The notes: generated by a model from the letters alone, not told the origin. A DNA stretch of 64,000 nt from Catajapyx aquilonaris (GCA_000934665.2 JYFJ02001879.1:1-64000); one strand, 5' to 3'; shown: positions 12,871-27,289, counted from the stretch's first letter. Made by a program: numbers and translations.

Positions 12871-13363
12871 GAGTAGGGTAAGAATTAAGTTCTCCAAGGT
12901 GTTTTTAGTGGGGAAATAGCCATCGATCGACTCTTAAACTGCGCCGTAGTGTGTAAGAGAGGGCGCCACATTTTTAGGTAGAAACCCGTTTTAATTATCT
13001 GGTACCCCGCGTCCAAAAGCAACTGAAAAACTCTTCAACTTCGCCTCAACTTTTCACATCAAAAACTTACCCACCCCCACTCCCACCCACCCATCCAGTT
13101 TTCTTNCCCCCCCCCCGTCCCCCCTACCATCTACTTTTCTGGAGGATATAAAACAGGCATAACTATTCATGAGTTCATTTCGTACAGTCTCAGGCTTTAT
13201 GAAATGAAGAGAACAAAAGGGAAATTCCTTGCTTCTTCTCATTCCGATGTGCGCCATCTTGGGGCCCAGATTACTTCGATCCGTTTTTGGGGGGAGATGA
13301 TGGAGGTATAGTATGGGAAGAGTTTAGGGTAGGGAGGGAAGGAGGGGGGGGATTATAATTTAC

Positions 13364-13496
13364 CTGTAAATGGGCTTTCCAACTGTGTCTCGAAACCAGA
13401 GGACCATGTAGACACTGTCGTCGCGACGTGACGGGGTGACGTCACAAGGCATTTCTGCCCTCCTTCCCAGCACCGCTTCCACCGCCGACACCGCAG
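13364..13496 (-). CDS. Sidestep/nephrin-family Ig receptor, coding exon 2 (first half of the V-set Ig domain); not in the ORF track
   Basis: Acceptor cttctattcttcag and donor gtaaat; 133 nt, phase 1 to phase 2. Translates AVSAVEAVLGRRAEMPCDVTPSRRDDSVYMVLWFRDTVGKPIYS and joins in frame to 6995. Contains the Ig B-strand Cys and C-strand Trp. Confidence 0.9.
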
Positions 13497-13944
13497 CTGA
13501 AGAATAGAAGACATTGTGGTCAGAATGGGTCATTCATATGAGTGATCAATTGATGTTATAACTTCATTGGCAATGGTAGAATAAAACATCTGAATGGAAA
13601 TACCCGGACTGTGACGGAAACTCCTACCGCACCGTAAGGCCTACAGCATTGGGAGTGGTCTCTAAATTTTGCCCGAGTTTTCTACATTTGTAGACCACTT
13701 TTGTTGTTTGGAAATATTGTCCAAGGAATTTATAAAACGCAATAAACGCCGACCGCGACCTTTCCACGGAATTCCCATTTCCGCCGTTCCGGGCGCGCCC
13801 CTAAATGTGAATACCTACCGCTAGATGGTGTGGGAATGGCGAACTCGCTGCACGCGTACTCACACACATCCGTGGCAGTGAAGCTAATATAACGCGTGTA
13901 ATAATAAAAAGTGTAATAATAAAAGGCCTGCATACACTCAGGGC

Positions 13945-14311
13945 TAGGGCTGTGCGATATCTGAAATTGCATATCGACTTTCGATACTTAAAAACATCGA
14001 ATCGAAGTCGATATATATATATATATTTATTTTATTACCGAAGCAGTGGTGGCGGAGGGGATATGGTATCCGAATGCTAATCGGGAGGTCCTGGGTTCGA
14101 ATCCCGGTGCCGGCAACTCTTACCGTGGTTTTCTGTGGTTTCCCACGGTTCCTCCAGGAGAATTCCGGAGTTGTTTCCTAAACTAATAAGCCACAGCCGC
14201 CTCCTTCCTTTCCTATCCTAAACCTAAAAGCGCAGTAAAAACGAAACGAAGAGTTCCAGTCAAAAAAATAATATCCCCCCTAAAGAGCCGCCGTCTGATA
14301 ACGGGGTATGA

Positions 14312-14375
<64 letters not shown>

Positions 14376-14766
14376 TTATTTATTTATTTATTCCGATACC
14401 CCTTTCCCTTTTTGGCGGACAAGTCGATATATCGAAAATAGGAAAACCGATATCGACAACCAACGTCGAAAATATCGAATCAAAGTCGATATATCGAAAA
14501 TAGGAAAACCGACATCGACAACCGACATTGAAAATATCGAATCGAAGTCGATATATCGAAAATCGGAAAACCGATATCGACAACCGACGTCGAAAAATAT
14601 CGAATCGAAGTCGATATATCGAAAATCGAAAAACCAACATCGGCAACCTACATCGAAAAATCGTGATATTCGATACATCGCACACACCAGGGGTCGGATA
14701 TCGCAACTTAGATATTAGGAAAATATCGTATCGACAGTCGATGTATCGAAATATCGCACAGCCCTA
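13945..14766. mobile_element. hAT-like MITE with internal ATATCGA-rich tandem repeats, interrupted by a SINE
   Basis: TIR TAGGGCTGTGCGATAT / ATATCGCACAGCCCTA; flanks CTCAGGGC and CTCCTGGC (degenerate 8-bp TSD); about 60-bp internal repeats at 14420-14660. Confidence 0.75.
14037..14373 (+). mobile_element. tRNA-derived SINE family A with (TTA)n tail
   Basis: A box TGGCGGAGGGG, B box GGTTCGAATCCC, body GTGGTTTTCTGTGGTTTCCC, 3' end ...GGGGTA then (ATT)n. Confidence 0.85.
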
Positions 14767-15889
14767 CTCCTGGCTACATTATTTCCCTTTAGATACAGTA
14801 GATTCAGACTTTATCTCTTCATATCCAGGATTTGAATGCAATTGTTGCAATTATACTAGCGCAAACACAATTTTTACATTTAAAAAATACCCGTCACCAT
14901 TTGGCAACAGCGCTCTAAGCTGCTTTAGGTGAATCTTGAGCTCCATTTGATCTAACGATTCGATCAATCACCAGAAAAGCCGCTTTTCCACCATATGAGA
15001 ACGCGGATTTGAAATTTTCCGAGGGCGCGCTTGAATGCGGCGGGGGGGCAATATGCAGAATATCAATAGGCCCTAGCTGTTTCCCACATAGAACCGTGTT
15101 TCGAACCGGGCTGATACAACCGGCGTGAAAAATCGGGGCCTGAAGGTGAAGAGAAAAGCGGGGTGCACCATGCGCAATTAGCTTGATCCCCCAGCTATAT
15201 CTGACATTAGACTCGGTGATCACGCATCGTCTGATATTCATGGGCTCATCCTATAGTGATGTGAGATTAATCGATACTAGTAGATCCGTTGCCAAAGCTG
15301 CCGAGGAAAGTGGACCAATTTGGAGGAGGATCTATAATTGCGATATGTCGAAATATCGATAATTGCGAACAATAAAAACTGGTGATAGGAATAATTGGCA
15401 CCGAAAATAAGATATCGGATTAAATATTGCCAGCAGATATATCGATGATTCGAAAATTTAAAATAATGTTCAATATTTCGATATTTGAACAATTTCAATG
15501 TTCGATATATCGGCTGCGCGGGGAAGTGGACCAATTTTGACATATCTTCGATAATATGTCGAAATGTAATAAAAATTGGCGAGAAGAATTAGCACGGGAA
15601 ATAAAATATCGGATTAAATATTGTCAGCCGATATATCTATGTTTCGATAATTTAAATGTTCACATATTTCGATGCATTCGATATATTCGATATTTGAACA
15701 TTGTAATGTTAGATATATCGATTTCCTGGGGATGTGGACCAATTTTTAAAATGTTAGATAGTTGCGATATGTCGAAATATCGCTAAATGTGAGCAATTAA
15801 AATTGGTTATAAGAATATATTAGGAACTAAAAAATCGCGTTAAATATCGCCAGCCGATATCTGATATTGAAAATGTTAAATGTCGAAAT

Positions 15890-16273
15890 GATGGTCTTAG
15901 AATACTAAGGTCTGGTCACTCCCTCTTATCGCCTGCCAGGGCGTTTTGCATGAGGTGCTATCTTGAGAGCGCCATTTTAGACAAATTCCACTGCTACTGT
16001 ACATTATGTGGCGAACCTACCGGACCGCGCTGAACTTTATAGGTACGAAAGGGAAGCGCTACATGCGGGCCCACCATGGCCGCCGCGCCGGCGACCATGT
16101 TGGGTCCCCCAATGTAGCGCTTCCCTTTCGTACCTATAAAGTTCAGCGCGGTCCGGTAGGTTCGCCACATAATATAGCAGTGAAAGGTCCAATGGCGCTC
16201 TCGAGTGAGCACCTCATGCAAAACGCCCCGGCAGGCGATAAGATAATAGTGTAGGTGTAGTGTCCGGGGGCTG
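15890..16273. mobile_element. Fold-back element with asymmetric ends (copy 2)
   Basis: TSD GTCGAAAT at 15882-15889 and 16274-16281; same ends as 4197-4939. Confidence 0.85.
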
Positions 16274-17895
16274 GTCGAAATATTGAATATATCTAACATT
16301 GTTGAATGTTTAAGTTATCTAACCATAGATTTTTGGAAATTTTCAATGTTCGATACATCGACTGCGCGAGTACGTGGCCCAATTTTTTTAAATCGTCGAT
16401 ATTAGCGATATGTCAAAATATCGATAATTACGAGCAATTAAAACGTGATAGGAATGAGCGCCAGAAATTAGATATCGGGTTAAATATCGTCATCCGATAT
16501 ATCGAATATTGACATTTTTCTTATATCACGCCATCGAATATATCGAAATGTTGAACATTTAAATTATCGGAACATCGGCATTTGAAATTTTTCAGATTTC
16601 GATACGTATCAAAATATATCGGAATATTGGTCATTAAAAATATCAATTTGGAAATTTTCAACATTCAATATATCGGCTGACGATTTCTAAACCGATATCT
16701 CATTTCCGTCGCTAATTCCCATCACCAATTCTAATTACTCGCAATTATCGATATTTAGGATATTAAGCTACGAACACCAGAACCTAGCGCCATCTCCCGC
16801 CACCATCCAACTCTCACGGCCCATTAGCAATTGTTGGACCCCAAAAAATGCGTCGCAAAAATTCTTTTTTAAATGTGTTCAAAAAAAATCCCTCCCACCC
16901 CCCCCCCCTCCAAAAATTCCGCGCTTGACCAATGGGGAGGACAGGATGACAGATGAGGCGTTAGCAAGGCACGTCCGGAACTCCGGAATGATCCGTAAAG
17001 GATTTTAATTAATCCTAATACCTGGGTGCAAGGTTCGGAATGCGCTTCATTACACGGGGAAGGCTTTTTTTTTTACTATACTCCGGGAGAGGGTTAAAAG
17101 CTCCGGATTCCCAGAATGTCTTGACTGCATTTTTGCACCCGGTTTTTTCGCACTGTAATTGAGCGATAGTTCAGAAAAAAATTATCGATACGATCCGATT
17201 TTTTCGAAGCATTCAATAATTTTCAGTGCATACCGTATAATTATACTTTACGATAATATATTTTATTTTTTACTAGATTTTTATATTGTGATATTTTCAT
17301 ATAGAGCTGAATCGGGATATAACAGCCTCGGCTATAACAGACATTCGGCTAGAACATACTCGAAAGGCCTGTCCCGGCATACTTCCATATGTGGCTTGTG
17401 TATTCGGTTATAACAGACCTTGGTTATAACAGACTTTTTCTGCTGTCCCTAGAAGTATGTTATATCTAGATTAAACTGTATTATAGGCTATAATTATTTG
17501 AATGTTTTATTATATATATTTTATTTTACATGTCAATGTGTTTAAATGTTAATATTCTATGTTTATGATAATATTATTTTATATTATTCATTATATTATG
17601 TATGTTAATAGATTATATTTTATTTATATGTTAATAGATTATATATTATTTATATGTTAATAGATTATATATTATTTATATGTAATATATTATATATTCC
17701 CCCCAAAGGTTTTTTAAACCCACCGGGGTATAATAAATAAAAAAATATTATATATTATTTATATGTAATATATTATATATTATATTCTTCACATATTATA
17801 TTTTAATATTTATTGACTTTATTTTTTTATTTTTTTCCTGTCACATTTTTCCGATTGATATTTTATTAAGTTTTTTTTATTTACTCATTTGTTTA

Positions 17896-18863
17896 CAGTG
17901 GTGCCTCGTACTTCGAACTGAATTCGTTGCAGGAGGCCATTCGAATTCTGAATTGTTCGAAATCCGAGTCAATTTTCCCCATGAGAAATAATGGAAAGTG
18001 TACAAAAAAAAATATAATAAAGATGCGAAAAACCGCGTGTCCGTATCTCTAACAGCGCGCCAGGATTCGTCGAACGAAGACGAGTCAGCGCACCCGATTT
18101 TGGCTCGCTGCTGCCCAGAAAATGGCGGGAAACGTAATGACCCCCAGCCCTCTTAACCCGTTGCCAGACCATTTAAACAATACCAATTTTGATATCTGTA
18201 GACCTACTTAAACAGCAAATAATAGTCTACACGTACTTTAAATCAAACATTACACGATTAAATGCCATCAATAATAAATGAAAGCAATAAATAAAATATT
18301 GTACGTAAACACTGGGGGGAAAAATAATGAAATTTTGCATTTACTGCAGCCCGTGAGGGGTGGCTGGTGGAGAGGAACAGTAATGTTACTGTTTGGAAGG
18401 GAGGTCACCTTCCGGATGTTATACCAAGTAGTTATAAACAAACATACACTCTTAACCATTTACCTTCTCTGGAGAGGGTATGAAAGTGGCCATTTTTTAC
18501 CTTACATTGTAGGGTAAATATTCTTGGGTAAATTGATTCTAAGGTAAATTTTGCATGTATTACCTTAGAAAATATAGGGTAAAAAAGAGGCCCTTTTACC
18601 CTCTATTTTCTAAGGTAATACATACAAAATTTACCTTAGAATCAATTTACCCAAGAATATTTACCCTCTATTTTCTAAGGTAATACATGCAAAATTTACA
18701 TTAGAATCAATTTACCCAAGAATATTTACCCTACAATGCAAGGTAAAAAATGGCCACTTTCTTACCCTCTCTAGAGAAGGTAAATGGTTAAGAGTGTACC
18801 AGAACCAAAGCGATAAAAGCACAGACAACAGACGAGCCAAGTTTGAAGTATGAGGTTCCACTG
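17896..18863. mobile_element. pogo/Tigger-like non-autonomous element with nested insertions
   Basis: TA-CAGTGGTGCCTCGTACTTCGAAC ... GTTTGAAGTATGAGGTTCCACTG-TA. Confidence 0.65.
18447..18796. mobile_element. Fold-back MITE with TA TSD (TIR CACTCTTAACCATTTACC)
   Basis: Near-perfect arms over 120 bp flanked by TA; a one-armed copy lies at 58334-58492. Confidence 0.85.
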
Positions 18864-20089
18864 TACTTAAATTTCCCACGAATTTTTATCTGATTTATTC
18901 ACCTGTTCAAATTGTTTGTTTGTTTGTTTTTCCGTGCTTACACTCTGTATGTATTCCTATATGGACAGTTAATCGTTCTTCTCGGTAATGTACATGCAGC
19001 TGTGTTTTTTTCCATACATTTTTTCCAGTACCTCCCCCCTGCATTCCCCCCTACCCCAGACCACATGAAGTAGAGTGCAATTCGCAAACAATGATCCGAA
19101 AAGCGCAGTCCCCAGTCCCCGGGGCCAAAGTTATGTGCCAGGCGTGAAATTTTGTGGATTTCGTGCCCAGGTTTTTTAGATTGCATGTGTGGTACACATA
19201 AGGACCGAGCATGGCGGGTATATATATAACGGTAGTTTTGCAAATGAGGACCAGCTGCAGTATACTCATGTATGTTCACAACATATATATAGTGCAGCAT
19301 ACAAAGTCCAATTTAAGTTAAGTTTCAGCTCTATCGACAAGTACATTAAGTCCTGTAAGAATCCAGCAAGCCAGGATTTTTTGTCCACTGATTGGCCAGT
19401 TAATGGACCCAATAATTTTTTTTAAATCTTCAAAATGTGAGATAGTTTGAATTATCTTTCAAAAGAAATGATCTTAAATTTATATGTTTCGAGGAATTTA
19501 ATGTGCTTTAGTATATATATTTCTTTTGTTATATACGATTGGGTGCGTTCTGTTGGCCAATAAGTGCGTCCTATTTTCACATGGGACCGCGCGAATCGTG
19601 AGTAAATATTATGATTGGGAGTTTGCTGTTTTGACTGCAAGTTGCTCAAAAGCAGTGGGGTTTAATTTGACTGAATTTTGTTGGCCTACTTCCGGGTTTG
19701 GGCCCTGTTTTATCCCCCCCCCCCCCACCCCATCAAACTACCCCCCTCCGCTTTTCCAACCAACGCAACGTTTTGTTCAGAAAATGGAGGTGGGGAGAGG
19801 CGGGGGTGGGGGGTGGGACTGCCCACTTGCTTCCGGACTACCCAAACATGGTGGGGAGGCTGGAAATATTCGGGAAGTGCAAAATGCATGGGTGGGATAG
19901 TATTTGAACGCAACAGCAGTGTATGAACTGGCAGATTGGCTACAATTGGGATATCAGCAAATTTCAGGTTGATTACGCAACGTTGTTTGGTTGATTCAGA
20001 TCATGTGATTAGCCGGAAGTTGAAGTTATAACGGAACTGATAGTAAACTGTTTGCATTGTTGGGGGGAGGGGGGGAATCAAATTTCTTC

Positions 20090-20950
20090 GGTATATCGAT
20101 GCTGCCATTGTATTTTTCGATGAATAGTAGCTGTCCTTGCATTTTCGATATATCGGAAGATACAAGAACAATGCACAATATACTAGACTAGAATAACCTC
20201 GATATATCGAGAATATATAGAACAGTGGATGTGTCAAAAAATACAAGGGCAGCTCGTATATCAAAATTGTTCTCGTATTTTACGATACATCTATACTCTG
20301 TTCTTGTTGTTTCGATGAATCGTCGCTGTCCTTGCATTTTCGATGTAACTAATAGGAAAATACAAAAACAATATATTTGTACAATACACAATGTACAAGG
20401 ACAGCCACGATCTATCGAAAAAAAAAAAACAGGAACAAAGTAGATGTATCGAAAAATACAAGAACAACATTGATATACCGAAAAATACAATAGTATAGCC
20501 CTTGCCTTTTCCGACGAATCTAGTCTGCCCTTGCATTTTTCGATATATCTAGACTGTTCTTGTATATTTCGATACATATTGGCTGTCCTTAGATGGTCGA
20601 TATATCGAGAATGCCCTAGATTTTCCGACGTATCAAATAGTGTCCTTGCATTTTTTGATGTATCGATTCTGTTCCATACACCGTGGCTGTTCTTGTATTG
20701 CCGATATATCGAGAGTGCCCTAGCCTTTTCCAACGAGTCTGTCCTTGCATTATTCGATACATCTAGTCTGTGCTTGTATTGTCGATATAACGAAGGGGTC
20801 CTTGACTTTCCCGACGTATCGAGTCTGGTCCTTGCATTTTTCGGTATATCGAGTCTGTTCTTGTATTGTTCGATACATCGTCTGTTCTTTTTTTTTCGAT
20901 ATACCGTATCTAGTCTGATCTTGTATTTTTCGATAGGCTACATAGAGGCA
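20090..20950. repeat. Degenerate ~25-bp TCGA/TATCG-rich tandem array in both orientations
   Basis: Units such as GTCCTTGCATTTTTCGATATATCGAGTCT. Related CG-rich arrays occur at 15290-16760. Probably MITE subterminal repeats. Confidence 0.65.
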
Positions 20951-21899
20951 CTCTTATATTTTTAAAGAAAACTTTCAGGTAGCTGCAAGTCTGGCCCAAA
21001 TAACCCCCAAGTCACAGCGGTTGTTGACACTGTCAGGTGTTTCAAACACAATACATGTTGGACAGGTGTTTTTCCCCCGGATTTGACTTCCCTTTGATCT
21101 CCCCCATCCAATAATAAGGCATATCGAAAACATCCTCCCCTTCAGCCCCCATGGGGGCGATTAAAATTCCATAAGTTTCCTACCCACCCCTCTTCCAGTT
21201 TGTCACCCTCCCTTGGCAATTTGTGTCGCCAAGTCATCGTCTTTGTGTCCCCACAGCCCGAGGGTGGATGGAGGGTGGTGGTGGTGGTGGCCGGTTAAAG
21301 TCCAATTCGCAAACAATAATCCAAAAAAGCGGCGGGATGTTTGCTCTGGTAGTGTCCCAGGGGCCAAGTAATTTTTCCCCGGGACGCTGCTGGATGAGGG
21401 AAGCATCGTAATCCGGATTACACATGCAGGTCCCTTGACCCATGCTGCAATATGCAGCAGGCCACTTCTGTTCCCCCTAATCAACTCCGCACACCCCACA
21501 GTAGAAACCCCCCACTAGCTTTAGCTTATCTCGGGGCCAGACCGAGATAATGGAATTGGCACTGCCAACCCCCTACCCTACACTTTTCCCCACCGTACTT
21601 TTTTGGCTCTTTTTCCTCCTACACCGCCTGCCGTGTCTCATTTTTTTTACGTAACCCACTAACAGAGGACAAAATCTGGTTTTTGCGGAGTGGAAATGCG
21701 GACAGTTTGGCCAGCCTCTAGATGGAGCCCGCCAGATATGCTTTGCTTCACCCACGCCATCGCTAGAGGGAGCCTGGCTGACGATGGCGAGACCTGTCGA
21801 CACAACTACTTAGAAAATGGATAGCTGGAGATAGAGACTAAGATCCTACTCCAAGGCATTCGTACGATTATGTCGTGCACACATCCCGATTACCTAAAT

Positions 21900-22059
21900 C
21901 TTCTAGAAATCAGCTTAAAACATTAGGTAATACTAGAAATCCGCACACATCGCCAAGAATATTAGAAATCTGCATATATATCGTCAAAAAATTCTAGAAA
22001 TCCCCATACACTCCTTATGACGAATCTAAAATTTTCATAAATCGTTTAGAAGTACTAGA

Positions 22060-22099
<40 letters not shown>

Positions 22100-22880
22100 A
22101 TTTGTTAAACCCACACAAACTCTCTAGAAATGCTAGAAGCCCGCATAAATCGTCTACAAATAATAGAAATTCTCTTAAATCCTTTACAAATGCCATAAAA
22201 TCACACACACCCTTCAAGAATATTAGACATCCGTATAGATACTATAAATCCACACAAACTGTTCATAAATACTATAATTATATCCACATAAATCATCTAG
22301 AAATTCTAGAAATCCCCAGACACATCTTATGACTATAATAGAATAAATCCTCACAAATCATAGAAATATTCGAAATCCTCTCTCTCTCTTTCTCTCTCTC
22401 TAAGAATCTTAGAAATCCTCATAAATTATTTAGAAGTACTATATAGGCACACAAACTCTCTAAGAATATTATAAATCAGCAGAAACGATCTAGTATGTAC
22501 ACTAGAAATCCATGCAGTCTTGCGCTCAATAAGCTATGGGGACTTTGAAAACTCAACTTTTCGAAGCTAGTGTAAACTAACCTAACCTAACCTCCCCTAC
22601 CCTAACTCACCTAGGCTGAGAGAAATGGACTTTTGTGAAACCCTGCAAATAGAAATTGTGGGACACGTCCTCACTTTAACGGTAATGTTCTGGTGTGTGA
22701 AGATGTGGGACCCAAAATGTCTCCACAAGAGAAATTGTGGGGACTGTAGTCCCCACAGTTACAGTAAAACACATACTTCCGGTCCCACAGTTATTGAAGA
22801 CAAGAACACATAAACTCTCTAGGAATACTAGGAATCAGCAGAAATCGTCTAAAAATACTAGAAATCCCCACACACTCCCT
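21900..22880. repeat. Degenerate ~30-bp CTAGAAATCC-containing tandem repeat with (CT)n
   Basis: Recurrent TACTAGAAATCC...CACAAACTCTCT units; the array resumes at 23600-23670 after the inserted elements. Confidence 0.6.
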
Positions 22881-22890
22881 AGGAATATCT

Positions 22891-23587
22891 ATCTTCTATA
22901 TTAAATAAAGCCTGGGGGAGGTGTGGTGGCCGTGATGGTAACGTCACGGCTTGCTGAGTGAAAGGCCCCAGGTTCGATCCCCGCCTGGGGAACTTTCCTT
23001 TCACCTGCGTCGGGAGGGTCTCTGACCTGCACCAAGGAGGTGTCTGGCAACCTAACCTCCTGGGGGACTGCACATGGCCCAAAAGCCGTAGGACAATGTA
23101 CCTGCACAAGTGTCCCCTCCCCAACAATACCTTTCCCTACCCTATATCCTAGTATTCCTTGCACGGAGATTGAAGTTAACGGAAAACTGTATGGTGGTCT
23201 GCCACCCCCCGAAAGGCCCATAGAGGGCCATCAAGGGGTACGTAAAATTAATAAATAAAAAAATAAAAAAATATTAAATAAAGCCGTTTGTGAGTCTGTC
23301 TGTCTGTATGTCTGTCTGTCCGCCAGCCAACCGTCATTTGCCTGACATCTGTGCCATCTGTGCTCCACCCCCAGGCCGCGAGAGGATGGAGGTGTTGGGG
23401 GTTGACTACAGATGGCAGGCCAATGATGGTGCCGTTATACAGTCGGGAGAGGTTGAAGGTGTTGGAGTAGGAGGACCACAGATGGCATTTGTGGGCGGAC
23501 AAACAGAACGGACAAACAGTTGACGGTGTTTTCCCTTCATTCATTTCTTCCCGTGTAACGCCGGGTGTCGCACGGGTGTCGCAGCTA
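22891..23587 (-). mobile_element. HINE/DINE-type element (same family as 12048-12352), interrupted by a SINE
   Basis: 23281-23587 is the reverse complement of 12048-12340; the terminal piece is displaced to 22891-22912. Confidence 0.75.
22913..23270 (+). mobile_element. tRNA-derived SINE family C
   Basis: Head GGGGGAGGTGTGGTGGCCGTGATGG...GGTTCGATCCCC; A-rich tail; 15-bp TSD ATATTAAATAAAGCC at 22898-22912 and 23271-23285. Confidence 0.85.
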
Positions 23588-26500
23588 TGCATAAATCAGA
23601 AGTCCAAACAAACACTCTAGATATACTAGAAATGCACACACACTCTCTAGGAGTATACATCCGCATAAATCACAAATTCGGTGAAGGTTACTAACCTGTG
23701 GTCTCATAATCTACCCTTAACAACACCCCTGCCCCCATGTCACTCACACTCACTTTGAAATCACACTATCGGACCGACAAATGACCTGCTGACTACCCCC
23801 CTTCTATCCAAAACCATCCTGACAAAACCTTCCGCCCATTTTCCCTCCCAGTCCTGAAAAGTACCGGAGGCTTGGAACCGCTTTTAATGGTCTACAAGCA
23901 GTAACCTCCGGGGCGTTTGAAACTCTTAACAAGGTTGAGAGAAAGTCCAGTGCTCTCGTGTTCAGCCTCCCGGAGGATCGGGAGGGGAGGAAGAGGGGGG
24001 TGTGTGGGGTAAGGCGGGGGAGGGGTAGAGACGAAAAAGCAAAAAGCAGGTAAAAGGGCTCTTGTGTCCGGAGGAGATCAAATGCAAAGTCCTCGCCTTA
24101 TATCCATGCAAAAAAGGAGGCCCCCATTCCACGCCTTGCCAACGTCTTCTAAGGAACGCTGAGAATGGAAATTCGTAAAGGAAGAGAGGGTAGGGGGAAG
24201 AAACCCTGGGAAATAAAGGGGCCCCAGGAATTTCTTATCAGATTTCATATACTTTGTGGAAAACGGGCTGTGTCGACTCAAAATCTCCTACTATAACCCG
24301 CCCCACCAAAAAACGCGACCTGAAAAATGCTCATGCATTAGCCAGAGTTGGTGGAAAATGAGGGTTCATAATATGAGTAAGACCTGGAAAGATTATTTAC
24401 TGGTCCGGAAATAAAGCGGAACTTTCTCCAGTACTTGCGGGGTTGGCCGCTAGGGGACGGGAAGTTGATGCAATGTGCATGTCTAATGTGGAGGCCTCCA
24501 ATTTTGGGGGGGGAAAGGAAAGGTCCTAGTGTGCAGTTTGGGAGTTGGAGGATCAATGGAAAGGTGATGGAGCAATTTGGTTACAATTTAACGGGCAGTT
24601 AAGACTTTGGCTGGATTGCACAGGTTTAAAAAAAATCTTTTTCGATTGGAAAGTAGCCAGAATTCATATTAGCCTACTAATCAGCTTTTCTGTCTGTCTG
24701 GTGTTTGTTGTCAAGAGAACGCTTTCATCCCACACTTTTACATACTTTCCTAGGGGTGTATCCGCTGAATGATAGGGGTGTATCCGCTGAAGGCAGTGAC
24801 ATAGCTGGGGGCGCCCCCCCGAACTCTTGTGGAATTTTTTAAAAATCGTGTTTTCAAAAAATCGTGCTTTCAAATTACTAATTCATGATTTTTGGGGGGA
24901 AAAGTGCTACCAATTCCATCAAATAAACACGCATTCAAATCTCCCACATTCACCTAAGCTCGTGTGACCTTGAACCAAAAAATTTCGCCTGCGGCGGCCC
25001 TCCTCCCCGCCCTTTTCGGTTTATGTCCTCCCCCCAGCACTGGAATCCTGGCTACGTCACTGGCTGAAGGATAGGGGTGAATCCGCTGAAGTAGGCGTGT
25101 ATCTGCATAAAGATAGTCGTGTATCCGCTGGGAAGGCTAGGTAATGGGGTAAGTTGGTACAGCGTGCCCATGTCCCTGCTACATTCGGTCTCTCATTACG
25201 AAAGTCCTTCCGTTGTCAGAACTGGTAATCAGTATGTGTGTTTGTTTGTCCTGGTGAGTCATCAACTGAGCCATGCACAACCCTGACAGTGGCAGGAAGG
25301 ATGCGACATCTACGTGAACCTGGCTGGATTGAGGTGATGACTCACCCTGGACAAACACTGACTACCAGTTTTGCCAACGTTTGAACTTAGTGAACAAAAA
25401 TTTGATGCCAATTTTGGAACAATATTTTGATTCATAGCCATACGTTCTATATGCTCTAAATAGTATGGCGTAGTGTAGATTAGCTTCAGGAGAACAGGAG
25501 ATAAAATGGGTATTAAAGTTGACAACTTGACCCCCACTATCAGCGTCCCATGTCATGACCTGTAACATGCAAAGTCTGGTGTTACTGGAGCCTGTAACTT
25601 TGGTCACTAAACTTAATTAGTGACTTTTATTGCATTCACAGCCTTTGATACGTAAAATATTTCCCAATGCTTCGTCACTACTATTGTACTGTATTGTAGA
25701 AGTGACCTCGAAAAAATAACTGACCATTATTGCCTCTTAAAACCGCTCCTAAATTTAGAACCAGCAGAAACAGCCACTCTAATTTGTACTGTAAATAAAT
25801 ACAAAGCTCAAAGGAAAATTCTGCTGAAGGTAGAAAATTACACCTTTTTTTTTGGCATGCTCCCTTTTGCTTAATAATTCAACATGCGCCCCCCTAAATC
25901 CCACTTGAGGTAGGTCGCATTGTAACCTCATGCACGCACCTACACTATTACTCATGAAATCTAAAACGTTTTCGCCATTTTGTACATTGGTGTCGTACAG
26001 GTGGCGCAACATGCTGATGACAAAATAAAATTTATGGCGACACCAATGTGACACATCTCTGTACATTTCCTATATTAGTATTTTTTTAAAATTAGGAAAT
26101 TGGTCAAAAATATTATTTCGTACGAATTGGTCAAAAATATTGTTTCGTGCGAATTGGACCGCCATTTTTGATGTAGTCAGCTTAAAACCTTTCGCAATAT
26201 TTAACGGCCTTGTGTTATTGGCGTGCAAGTGGAAAAGATAATGTTTGGAAGGCGGGAGGTGGGGGTAGTATTTCCACCCTTTTTCATTGCTAATCAATGT
26301 TAGGCCTGAATTTCGCCACAGCCGAGTTTTATTGACGGCCGTTCTATGTCAGAGCGTTATATGGGACCGGTAAGTTGCGGCGTGTTTTACGGAAACCCTT
26401 GGGTTCCCCTTTTTCGAATGTAGGTCCCCCCTCATTAGAATCCTAGGCAACGATCTCGTTTCTGGGAGCCTGAAAACCACCGCTTTTGGTATGGCTTGGA

Positions 26501-26829
26501 TGTTCAAGTTTCAATCTCTGTATGGGTCTGCAATTACTGAGGGAGGGAAAGGAAGGAAGCTCTATTTGTGATCTAGGACTTAAGGCAACATTCACGCAAT
26601 CAAAAACAGGATTTAAAAGAGAGTTTTAGGCAGCATGGCCAGCACATAGTTCGTTCATCGACCGCAGTGTCGCTACTGTCGTCATGTAGAGGGCGCTAGA
26701 GCCGATACTAGTGACACAATGCGGGAAAGACGTGAACCAGCGCAACATTAGCATAATTATCTTAATATATTTTTTACAGTAAGCTGCTTATTTTACAGAT
26801 TATCAATAATATTACACGCTGTAAGTTCA

Positions 26830-26830
<1 letters not shown>

Positions 26831-26905
<75 letters not shown>

Positions 26906-27180
26906 CCCCGTGATAGAGCGGAGCCCTCTTAGGGGGGAAGGGGAGGTTCCCAAGGGAGGGCGCTGTAATTTTTAGACATTTCTGACTTTGTGAAATTACA
27001 CCAGACCTTTTCTCCTGGCCCTGGGCAGAGTAGGGAGTGCAATATTCTGCCCCGGCATGTCGGGTGAAAAGCGGAAAAAGACCCGGCCAAGCAATAAGGT
27101 GACGGGGACGGGATTTGAACCCCGGCCTCCCGCTTGGCTGGCCAGTGACGTAACCACGCACCAGACCACCAAGCCTCCCT
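26831..27180 (-). mobile_element. tRNA-derived SINE family B with long (TAA)n tail
   Basis: A and B boxes on the minus strand; TSD AGTTCACATTATTA on both sides. Confidence 0.85.
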
Positions 27181-27289
27181 AGTTCACATTATTAATCATA
27201 AAAATTAAAAGCTAAAAGCTGAGAAATTAATCGGCGAAGGCAACCTAATATTAGCAGCTAATGTTCAAAAAGCATATTATATTAAGATT

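Noticed and set aside
14037..14115. tRNA gene (also the heads at 12630, 22913, 27180 and 29677)
   Set aside because: A and B boxes are present, but each continues into a shared body, a simple-repeat tail and often a TSD. These are SINE heads, not tRNA genes.
14420..14660. CRISPR-like array
   Set aside because: These are head-to-tail repeats without unique spacers, in a eukaryotic context with no cas genes.
14308..14932. Overlapping ORFs with poly-Tyr and repeated SRYIENRK
   Set aside because: They are translations of the (TTA)n SINE tail and MITE tandem repeats.
20188..20965. 181-aa and 144-aa ORFs
   Set aside because: They lie in a degenerate ~25-bp tandem array.
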